The position numbers and the translations under genes are program-made. From an uncultured virus (IMG/VR IMGVR_UViG_3300028886_002149) (Duplodnaviria > Heunggongvirae > Uroviricota > Caudoviricetes), in the IMG/VR virus record IMGVR_UViG_3300028886_002149: 33,765 nucleotides of DNA; one strand, written 5' to 3'. The stretch's first letter is position 1, and each line of letters starts with the position of its first letter. Under the pieces are notes generated by a model. The model did no database searches, had not been told where the DNA came from, and was given only the letters and a program-made list of their open reading frames with translations. Positions 1 through 6,997 of the stretch are shown here, piece by piece.

Positions 1-564
1 AACTATTCCGATGAGGAAGCCACCGTAACAATGGTGGATACGAATATCCAGCGTGAAGACATTCTTCCAAGCGAGAAGGCTCACGCTTATCGGATGAAAT
101 TTGATGTGATGAAGCATCAGGGTTCCGGAGGCGGAAGTACCTTTGAGAGCATCGGAGAGGCCGCAGGAGAAAGTGGAAAGACGGTGCAGAGATATATTCT
201 TCTGTCACGTCTGACGGATGTTTTGCTCGGCTTTGTGGATGAAAAGAAGCTGCCGATCCGCTCCGGTGTTGAAATATCTTATCTGACCGGAAAAGAGCAG
301 GGTCTGTTAGAAGATATCATCAATAATACCGGTGTCATTATCTCACCTGCTCAGGCTGAGAAGATCAGAGGATATTCACAGAACAAGGAACTAACCAAGG
401 CTCTTTTGATAGAGCTGTTGTCGGATGAAAAGCCCAAACCCAGGAAAGTGACTTTTAAGGGCGACAGGCTTTCAAAATACTTCCCCGATGATATGTCGGC
501 GGAAGAAATAGAAGAAGAGATCATCAGAATTCTTGATGAATGGAAGGATAAAGGAGGTCAGTAA
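1..564 (+). CDS. parB: ParB/RepB/Spo0J family partition protein, 5'-partial
   Basis: Frame is open from base 1 (NYSDEEATVTMVDTNIQREDILPSEKAHAYRMK), followed by an HTH segment (GESGKTVQRYILL) typical of ICE ParB proteins. Confidence 0.85.
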   Translation, partial: NYSDEEATVTMVDTNIQREDILPSEKAHAYRMKFDVMKHQGSGGGSTFESIGEAAGESGKTVQRYILLSRLTDVLLGFVDEKKLPIRSGVEISYLTGKEQGLLEDIINNTGVIISPAQAEKIRGYSQNKELTKALLIELLSDEKPKPRKVTFKGDRLSKYFPDDMSAEEIEEEIIRILDEWKDKGGQ

Positions 565-566
565 CC

Positions 567-1841
567 ATGGGGATACGTTCCAGCGGTTGTGCTGCCGTAG
601 ATGCAATGGACAGAATAAGAATAACGGGGAATGTGATTCCTCAAAGCTGGTATGGGGAGATACTGCGCGATAATGGCAAGCCGTATCTGCTCGCTGTCAT
701 ATTGCTCGCGGATATCGTGTACTGGTATCGCCCTGTTGAGGAAAGGGACGAGTCATCAGGCTTTGTGATCGGTCTGAGAAAGAGATTCAGAGGTGATCTT
801 CTTCAGAAGACCTATGATGAGTATGCGAAGCTCTACGGCGAATCAAAACGCACGATAAAGGCGGCACTTGACCGTTTGGAAGAACTTGGTCTGATCAGAA
901 AAATCTTCCGTGATATCAAACTGAAAAACGGAACGAAGATTCCCAATGTCATGTATATTGAGATCTTCCCGGAAAGGATAGAAAAGATTTCTCATTACGA
1001 TATCGACCCTTCAACTTCTGGACCGACGGTCCAGAAGTCGGAGGATGATGAAGCAGATGTCCCTGAAATAGAGGCATATGAGTCCTCCCAAACCGCGTCT
1101 TTTGCGGGTTCTGCAGGGGGTGGTACAAAATTTTGTAGGACCTCCTACGAAAAAATGTATGACCCCCTACAGAATAATGTAACACGTCCTACGGAGGAAT
1201 GTACCCATGTCATACAAAACGATGCAGGATATCCTACGCCGGATGTGGGGACAAATACAGAGAATACTTCAGAGACTATCTCAGAGATCACAACAAAGAA
1301 TACAACACAGATTACACGCAGAGAGAACAGTCCTGTCTTGTCTGCGCAGGATGTGGATAACTTGGACGATGATGAATGGCTGGAGCAGGTGAATTACTCA
1401 AGACCGATAAAGGTCAAAATGGAGCAACCAGAGGACAGACGGACTGACAGGGATATCTATATCGAGTTTTTAAGAGATCAGGTGCAATATGACCGTATTC
1501 ATCAGGAGGATACTTATGGTGACAAGATTAACATCGTTGATGGGATCATAAACATCATAGCGGATATCGCAACTACGGATCCACCGGATGGGTATGAACG
1601 GGTGAACGGAAGGCAGTATCCGCATGAGGTTGTTAAGAGCAGACTCTTGAAAATGGATTACGAGACGATCACTCATGTACTGGAAAGGTTCAAGGAAAAC
1701 AAAACAGAGATCAGAAACATGAGGAGTTATCTTCTGACAGCCCTTTATAATGCCAGGGATGAAAAAGACATCCAGTTCCAGAACTTTTTCAATCACAGCT
1801 ATTACGGCACGGACTGGACAGGGCAGCGAAGGGAGGATTGA
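567..1841 (+). CDS. Putative replication initiator (N-terminal HTH, Thr-rich linker, C-terminal DUF6017-like domain), 424 aa
   Basis: SD AAGGAGGT precedes the ATG. N-terminus GNVIPQSWY...ADIVYWYRP with an HTH (ESKRTIKAALDRLEELGLI); C-terminus VKSRLLK...EIRNMRSYLLTALYNA. Internal repeats lie in the linker. Confidence 0.75.
   Translation: MGIRSSGCAAVDAMDRIRITGNVIPQSWYGEILRDNGKPYLLAVILLADIVYWYRPVEERDESSGFVIGLRKRFRGDLLQKTYDEYAKLYGESKRTIKAALDRLEELGLIRKIFRDIKLKNGTKIPNVMYIEIFPERIEKISHYDIDPSTSGPTVQKSEDDEADVPEIEAYESSQTASFAGSAGGGTKFCRTSYEKMYDPLQNNVTRPTEECTHVIQNDAGYPTPDVGTNTENTSETISEITTKNTTQITRRENSPVLSAQDVDNLDDDEWLEQVNYSRPIKVKMEQPEDRRTDRDIYIEFLRDQVQYDRIHQEDTYGDKINIVDGIINIIADIATTDPPDGYERVNGRQYPHEVVKSRLLKMDYETITHVLERFKENKTEIRNMRSYLLTALYNARDEKDIQFQNFFNHSYYGTDWTGQRRED
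1014..1038. promoter_or_regulatory. 25-bp perfect palindrome, copy 1 (candidate parS/operator), inside the rep gene
   Basis: ACTTCTGGACCG-A-CGGTCCAGAAGT; identical to 3781-3805. Confidence 0.7.
1124..1247. repeat. Six iteron-like repeats with ~22-bp period inside the rep gene
   Basis: TAC-N7-TGTA-like units start at 1124, 1146, 1168, 1190, 1213 and 1235; the last two are degenerate. Confidence 0.7.
1258..1317. repeat. Five tandem A-rich 12-mers following the iterons
   Basis: CAGAGAATACTT, CAGAGACTATCT, CAGAGATCACAA, CAAAGAATACAA, CACAGATTACAC. Confidence 0.6.
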
Positions 1842-1845
1842 TCAG

Positions 1846-2889
1846 ATGATATCGTTTGCGGAGAAGTATCCTGAACTCGTTGCGGAATGGGCTGAGGAGA
1901 ACGAGATAAGACCGGAGAACGTCTCATACGGCTCAAACAAAAAGATACTCTGGAACGGTAGATGCGGACATACATGGGAGGCGACGATCAAGAACAGAGG
2001 CAATAAGCATGGCTGCCCGTATTGCTCCGGTAACAAGGTGCTGAAGGGGGTGAATGATCTGGCAACGTTGTTTCCTGAACTGGCTGATGAATGGGATGAA
2101 AGCAATAAGCCGCTGATGCCTGATATGGTATCACGAAAAGCCAACAGGGAGATCACATGGAAGTGTCTCCGTTGTGGTCAGACCTGGCGATCCAGAATAG
2201 CAGACAGGACAGACGGACACGGATGCCCGGTATGCTCAGGAGAAAGGCTTGTAAAGGGTATAAATGATTTTGAGACAGAACACCCTGAACTTGCATCAGA
2301 ATGGTCACAGAAGAATCAGAAGAAGCCCTCAGAGGTATGGTCGAAATCAAGGGAGAATGTCTGGTGGAGATGCAGCACATGCGGTCATGAATGGAAAGGT
2401 GTGATAGACAGCAGAGTGAAAGGATCCAGATGTCCGGAATGCCAGAAGCGGGAACGACAGATAAGAGTTCCTTATCATAATGTTACCGAGGAACGCAGGT
2501 TCCAAAATCATGTTATTGCGTATTACGCAAATAAGTCCGGAGTCGATGTGAATATAGGAAGCGATGCTGTTATAGGCATGGAGCTTGACGCATACTTTCC
2601 GACAAGGAAAGCAGCTATTCTGTATTCCAGAGCGCTGTGTGCGGACTTCAGGGTGCGCAGAGAAAGAGCAGTCAACTGGTTATGTCTTAACGCAGGGATC
2701 AAGCTCTTCCGTATTTTACAGGCAGGAGCAAATGAATATGATAACTGCATCTGTATCACCCTTGAGAACAGATCATTGGAAGTTCTCAGTCTTGCGCTTC
2801 AAACGATTTTTGACATGATCGGTATTGATGCAGATGTTGATATAGACAGGGATTTATTGAACATAAAAGATTTTTCAAAAAGTTTTTGA
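1846..2889 (+). CDS. Zinc-ribbon repeat protein (DUF4379-like) with a degenerate nuclease-like C-terminus, 347 aa
   Basis: Three PEL..EW...CG(H/Q).W...I..R...CP.C repeats. SD GGGAGG precedes ATG 1846 (the ORF track start at 1750 overlaps rep). Confidence 0.8.
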   Translation: MISFAEKYPELVAEWAEENEIRPENVSYGSNKKILWNGRCGHTWEATIKNRGNKHGCPYCSGNKVLKGVNDLATLFPELADEWDESNKPLMPDMVSRKANREITWKCLRCGQTWRSRIADRTDGHGCPVCSGERLVKGINDFETEHPELASEWSQKNQKKPSEVWSKSRENVWWRCSTCGHEWKGVIDSRVKGSRCPECQKRERQIRVPYHNVTEERRFQNHVIAYYANKSGVDVNIGSDAVIGMELDAYFPTRKAAILYSRALCADFRVRRERAVNWLCLNAGIKLFRILQAGANEYDNCICITLENRSLEVLSLALQTIFDMIGIDADVDIDRDLLNIKDFSKSF

Positions 2890-2913
2890 AAGTTGCACAC
2901 AACGCAACTTTTT

Positions 2914-2924
2914 TATGGTAAGAT
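2914..2924 (+). promoter_or_regulatory. Candidate extended -10 promoter flanked by inverted repeats
   Basis: TATG-G-TAAGAT fits TRTGn-TAnnnT. Inverted repeats at 2889-2911 and 2921-2943. Confidence 0.45.
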
Positions 2925-2960
2925 CTGAACGAAGTTCAGATCTGAGGCAAACAGCGATAG

Positions 2961-2996
2961 GGCAGTTACGAGAGAAATCTTGTGGCTGCTTTTTTT
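2961..2996 (+). terminator. Intrinsic terminator
   Basis: GGCAGTTACGAGA-GAAA-TCTTGTGGCTGCT stem with G-U pairs, followed by a T run. Confidence 0.75.
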
Positions 2997-3003
2997 ATTT
3001 TGA

Positions 3004-3028
3004 ACTTTAGGACCGTCGGTCCAGAAGT
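3004..3028. promoter_or_regulatory. 25-bp palindrome, copy 2, directly before an RBS
   Basis: ACTTTAGGACCG-T-CGGTCCAGAAGT (two left-arm mismatches), then GGAAGGAG. Confidence 0.7.
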
Positions 3029-3042
3029 TGGAAGGAGATAGA

Positions 3043-3699
3043 ATGGAATCAACAAGAGATATCAGAAGGATGATCGAAAGGGAGATCAAAAAAGGAAGTG
3101 CGCCGCTGACATTTGAACATATTGAATATCGCGGAGATGCTTTGCAGGAGATCACGTCAGAATCGAAGCTGAAGGAGGTTCTTGTATATCTTTTGAGAAC
3201 AGCCGAGTTTGAAAATCTGGCAAATGATATGACAAGAAACAATGTTTATACCGAAAATCATCTTATTCGCGGGGATAGTTTTCATAGGCGGAATAATGTG
3301 ATGGAGCGCAATGCCAACTATCTGAACGCAATAACCTATGCCAAAAGGCTGGGGCCGGTTTATGATGGAAAAACCTTTGTAGAGACCCTGCCATGTTTTT
3401 TCTCTTTTCCGGAGGTTGAACTTGACCGGTATCGCTTCGTGTATGAAGGGAATGAGACCTATGCATTTCCTTTATCCGGAAAACACATAATTAATGGTCT
3501 GTATCTTCTCAGTATTATGAGCCGCAAGGATCTTGCAGGGCAGATCATGCCACCATATCTTCAGGGTTACGTGAATAATCAAATATACCATCTGAAGGAT
3601 ATAAGAGCGGTTCTTTTTCAATGCCTGCTTCTGGATGATATGCATCCTGTGGATGGACTTTTTGAAGCAAAACTCCATACGATATATCTTTTGAAGTAA
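3043..3699 (+). CDS. Hypothetical protein, 218 aa
   Basis: SD GAAGGAG before ATG 3043; uninterrupted ORF; no recognised motif. Confidence 0.75.
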   Translation: MESTRDIRRMIEREIKKGSAPLTFEHIEYRGDALQEITSESKLKEVLVYLLRTAEFENLANDMTRNNVYTENHLIRGDSFHRRNNVMERNANYLNAITYAKRLGPVYDGKTFVETLPCFFSFPEVELDRYRFVYEGNETYAFPLSGKHIINGLYLLSIMSRKDLAGQIMPPYLQGYVNNQIYHLKDIRAVLFQCLLLDDMHPVDGLFEAKLHTIYLLK

Positions 3700-3728
3700 A
3701 CGATACATGAACTGAATACTTTGTAGCG

Positions 3729-3769
3729 AAAGCGCGGGTTTAGGAGAAATCTTAGGCTCGCGCTTTTTT
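3729..3769 (+). terminator. Intrinsic terminator
   Basis: AAAGCGCGGGTTTAGGA-GAAA-TCTTAGGCTCGCGCTTT, 17-bp stem with G-U pairs, followed by a T run. Confidence 0.8.
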
Positions 3770-3780
3770 GCGTTTGAGGA

Positions 3781-3805
3781 ACTTCTGGACCGACGGTCCA
3801 GAAGT
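3781..3805. promoter_or_regulatory. 25-bp perfect palindrome, copy 3, directly before an RBS
   Basis: ACTTCTGGACCG-A-CGGTCCAGAAGT, then GGAAAGGAGAGG. Confidence 0.7.
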
Positions 3806-3817
3806 GGAAAGGAGAGG

Positions 3818-4012
3818 ATGCTGGAAATGTATATGACAGAGGGCGAGATCTGTTATAGATATCGCATCAACGGATGTTACGGAGAGAAGCATATCAGCAT
3901 ACTGGCGCAGCTTAATGCCTGCACCTGTAAAGAAATAGATACGATCCTCCGCAAGAATGGACTGATTCCAAAACCGAGAAAGTATTGGAAGAAGAGAAAG
4001 AAGGCGATATGA
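3818..4012 (+). CDS. Small basic hypothetical protein (start may be 3827 or 3833)
   Basis: Strong SD; Lys/Arg-rich C-terminus. Confidence 0.6.
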   Translation: MLEMYMTEGEICYRYRINGCYGEKHISILAQLNACTCKEIDTILRKNGLIPKPRKYWKKRKKAI

Positions 4013-4092
4013 AAAAAACATTTTTACGCAGGCTGGTGGTGCCTCCCTGACACCACTGCAAATACAGGGCTATGCCCGGAAAGGAGTAACAG

Positions 4093-4575
4093 ATGCATGA
4101 AGAAGTAAATCAGAAGGTCGTATCCCTCGGGATCCGAACAGGAAAGCTTACTGCGAATGTGCTGGCAAAGGCAATGAAGATGTTCCTCGATGCACAGAAG
4201 CAGAAGTCTCATCAGTTCAAGCACGGGAAACAGTCGTTAAAACAGCTGATGGAGCAGAATGCCGGGGCGACGAATATCGAAGTGGATGAGAGCAACATCA
4301 AGTCCTTTGATCGCGTGGCGAGAAAGTATCATATCGACTACGCCGTGAAAAAGGATAAGACGCTTGACCCGCCGAAGTATTTCGTTTTCTTCAAGAGCAG
4401 GGATCAGGATGCGATGACGATGGCGTTCAAAGAGTTTATTGCAAGCAATAACCGCAAGAAAGAACACACACCGTTTAAGCAGGTCTTGAAGAAGTTCCGC
4501 GATCTGTCAATGGGATTGGACAAGAACCGCGAGAGGGAGAAGACCAGACAGAAGAACAGGGGGCAGAGCTTATGA
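4093..4575 (+). CDS. PcfB family (DUF3801) conjugation accessory protein
   Basis: GKQSLKQL, FDRVARKYHIDYAVKKD and YFVFFKSRD motifs; stop overlaps the virD4 start; SD AAAGGAG. Confidence 0.85.
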   Translation: MHEEVNQKVVSLGIRTGKLTANVLAKAMKMFLDAQKQKSHQFKHGKQSLKQLMEQNAGATNIEVDESNIKSFDRVARKYHIDYAVKKDKTLDPPKYFVFFKSRDQDAMTMAFKEFIASNNRKKEHTPFKQVLKKFRDLSMGLDKNREREKTRQKNRGQSL

Positions 4576-6506
4576 GTGAAGTAAAACAGCCTGCCGCCAA
4601 AAAGAGTACCGGTAAAGGCAAACCGAAGCCAAAGAAAGGCGGTGTGAAGAAACCGGCGCAAAAGCAACCTGTGAAGAGTAATCCTGTTGATCAGGCACTG
4701 ACAGTCGTGGCAAAGAAGTTCGTCAAAGCAGGCGGAACGAAGCTGCTGCTTAAGGTGTTCCCCTATCTGCTCTTCGGATATTTCGGAAACAAGATGGCGT
4801 ATGCGTATCGTGTGACGGAAGCACCTGATTTTTTCAACAAGCTGATGGGAAGTCTTTCCAATCTCGGACCGGCGTTTGAGAACATATGGCCAAGCATCAA
4901 TCCGATGGATCTGCTCTTTGGAGTTATATTCGGAGTGGGTATGAGGCTGGTCGTATATTTCAAGAGCAAGAACGCAAAGAAGTTTCGCAAGGGTGAGGAA
5001 TACGGAAGCGCCCGGTGGGGCAATGCAAAAGATATCGAGCCGTACATGGATCTGAATGATCCGGAGAACAATGTGATCCTCACGCAGACCGAGGGACTTA
5101 TCATGAACGGTAAGCCAAAGGGTCCGAAGTATGCCAGGAATAAGAACATCCTGGTAATCGGCGGTTCAGGCTCCGGTAAGACTCGCTTTTTTGTGAAGCC
5201 GAACATCATGCAGCTCCATTCTTCATATGTGATAACGGATCCGAAAGGAACTGTTTTACTTGAAGTTGGGCAGATGCTTTATGATGCCGGATATGAGGTC
5301 AAGGTACTCAACACGATCAATTTCAAGAAGTCGATGCACTACAATCCCTTCGCCTATCTTCACGATGAAAAAGACATCTTAAAACTGGTGAATACGCTCA
5401 TTGTAAACACCAAGGGTGAGGGGCAACAGGCAACCGAAGATTTCTGGGTCAAGGCAGAGAAGCTGCTGTATCAGGCATACATCGGATACATATTTTATGA
5501 GTGCGTAGAGGAGGAACAGAACTTCATCACGCTCATAGATATGATCAATGCATCGGAGACGAGAGAAGATGATGAGAGCTTCAAAAATGCCATAGATTTG
5601 ATTTTTGAAGAACTGGAAGCAGACGAGCCGGATCACTTTGCCGTGAAGCAATATAAAAAATATAAATTGGCTGCCGGCAAGACCGCGAAATCTATTTTGA
5701 TCTCATGCGGTGCAAGGCTTGCTCCGTTCGATATCAAGGAGCTTCGTGACCTGACAGAGTACGATGAAATGGAGCTTGATCAGATCGGTGAAAGAAAGAC
5801 CGCACTGTTTATGATCATGTCGGACACCGATGGTACTTTCAACTTTATTCTGGCGATGATGCAGTCGCAGATGTTCAACCTTTTATGCGAATGCGCAGAC
5901 GATAAGCACCATGGCAAATTGCCTGTTCATGTGAGGTTTCTCCTGGACGAGTTTGCCAATATCGGCCAGATACCGCAATTTGATAAGCTGATCGCGACGA
6001 TACGAAGTAGGGAGATCTCTGCTTCTATTATTTTGCAGTCAAAGAGTCAGCTGAAGGCAATCTACAAGGATAATGCCGATACGATAGAGGGCAACTGTGA
6101 TACCACGTTATTCCTCGGAGGAAAAGAGAAGACGACACTGAAAGAGATGTCGGAGATTTTGGGTAAGGAAACGATTGACCTCTACAATACATCGGATACC
6201 AGAGGACAATCCCCGTCCTACGGTTTGAATTATCAGAAAACGGGGAAAGAATTGATGTCGCAGGATGAGATCGCAGTCATGGACGGCGGGAAATGTATCA
6301 TGCAGCTTAGAGGCGTGAGACCATTCTTCTCAGACAAATTCGATATTACAAAGCATAAGCGGTACAAAGAACTGTCGGACTTTGATGATGCGAACCTGTT
6401 TGATGTCGAAGCGTTTTTATCCACGCAGCTGAAGATGAAAAAGAGTCAGCAGGTGGAGACATATGAACTGGGTGTCATTGAAGATGATGCCACTACAACT
6501 GAATAG
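4572..6506 (+). CDS. virD4: VirD4/TraG type IV coupling protein
   Basis: Two N-terminal TM segments, EYGSARWG, Walker A GGSGSGKT, Walker B LLDEFANIG. Confidence 0.95.
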   Translation: MSEVKQPAAKKSTGKGKPKPKKGGVKKPAQKQPVKSNPVDQALTVVAKKFVKAGGTKLLLKVFPYLLFGYFGNKMAYAYRVTEAPDFFNKLMGSLSNLGPAFENIWPSINPMDLLFGVIFGVGMRLVVYFKSKNAKKFRKGEEYGSARWGNAKDIEPYMDLNDPENNVILTQTEGLIMNGKPKGPKYARNKNILVIGGSGSGKTRFFVKPNIMQLHSSYVITDPKGTVLLEVGQMLYDAGYEVKVLNTINFKKSMHYNPFAYLHDEKDILKLVNTLIVNTKGEGQQATEDFWVKAEKLLYQAYIGYIFYECVEEEQNFITLIDMINASETREDDESFKNAIDLIFEELEADEPDHFAVKQYKKYKLAAGKTAKSILISCGARLAPFDIKELRDLTEYDEMELDQIGERKTALFMIMSDTDGTFNFILAMMQSQMFNLLCECADDKHHGKLPVHVRFLLDEFANIGQIPQFDKLIATIRSREISASIILQSKSQLKAIYKDNADTIEGNCDTTLFLGGKEKTTLKEMSEILGKETIDLYNTSDTRGQSPSYGLNYQKTGKELMSQDEIAVMDGGKCIMQLRGVRPFFSDKFDITKHKRYKELSDFDDANLFDVEAFLSTQLKMKKSQQVETYELGVIEDDATTTE

Positions 6507-6566
6507 GTGTAAGGCTACACGGACTCTTCGGAGCAAACCTGACGCCGGGGCCACTACAACTGAATA
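6489..6566 (+). repeat. 17-bp exact direct repeat GCCACTACAACTGAATA (6489-6505 and 6550-6566)
   Basis: Two exact copies separated by 44 bp; the first runs into the virD4 stop codon. Confidence 0.85.
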
Positions 6567-6620
6567 AAGGAAGCAGACGATGAGCGCCTACCAAGCAAAC
6601 ATCATCATCTGCCCCAAGCG

Positions 6621-6692
6621 GGAATGGCATAACCAGACCCTGTGTTCATTTTATCACAAGAGAGGATGACGCAGGGCTTTTTTATGCCTTCC
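6621..6692 (+). terminator. Long hairpin with T run upstream of maff2 (terminator/attenuator-like)
   Basis: Imperfect stem CCCTGTGTTCATT/GGATGACGCAGGG followed by T6 (6678-6683). An outer pairing GGAATGGCATAA/TTATGCCTTCC is possible. Confidence 0.55.
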
Positions 6693-6764
6693 GGAAGTAA
6701 CGTTAACAATTCAAACAATCGGAAGGAGGAAGAGTCTCACAAGGTTTGGGACTCAAACAAAATC

Positions 6765-6980
6765 ATGGCTTTTTTTACTAACTCAGTAACAGCACTCAAA
6801 ACCGTCGTAACCGCCATCGGAGCGGGCGTAGCCGTATGGGGTATCATCAACCTGCTTGAGGGCTACGGTAATGATAACCCCGGCGCAAAGAGCCAGGGAA
6901 TTAAGCAGCTGATGGCGGGCGGAGGTATCGTAATCATCGCCCAGACGGTGATCCCTCAGCTCTCCACTCTCTTCTCATAA
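6765..6980 (+). CDS. Maff2 family membrane protein (VirB2 pilin-like), 71 aa
   Basis: MAFF start, GYGNDNPGAKSQGIKQLMAGGG signature, two hydrophobic helices. Confidence 0.9.
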   Translation: MAFFTNSVTALKTVVTAIGAGVAVWGIINLLEGYGNDNPGAKSQGIKQLMAGGGIVIIAQTVIPQLSTLFS

Positions 6981-6997
6981 GGAGAAGTTCGCGATAG

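Noticed and set aside
1124..1317. Periodic repeats as a CRISPR array
   Set aside because: Units are degenerate, have 12- or 22-bp periods with no spacer-length unique sequences, lie inside a CDS, and no cas genes are present.
2927..2937. GAAC-GAA-GTTC as a LexA/DinR SOS box
   Set aside because: The Firmicutes box is GAAC-N4-GTTC; the spacer here is 3 nt. Kept only as part of an unassigned inverted repeat.
4009..4050. Short ORF MKKTFLRRLVVPP coupled to the 3818 gene
   Set aside because: Only 13 codons; there is no evidence to separate a leader peptide from chance.
6489..6566. Self-cleaving ribozyme (hammerhead/pistol/twister) or mini-CRISPR between the direct repeats
   Set aside because: I could not fit the conserved cores (e.g. 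CUGANGA...GAAA). There are only two 17-bp repeats.
6642..6764. N-terminal extension of Maff2 in the ORF track (112 aa)
   Set aside because: The GTG start has no SD and lies within a hairpin; the family signature begins at MAFF (6765).
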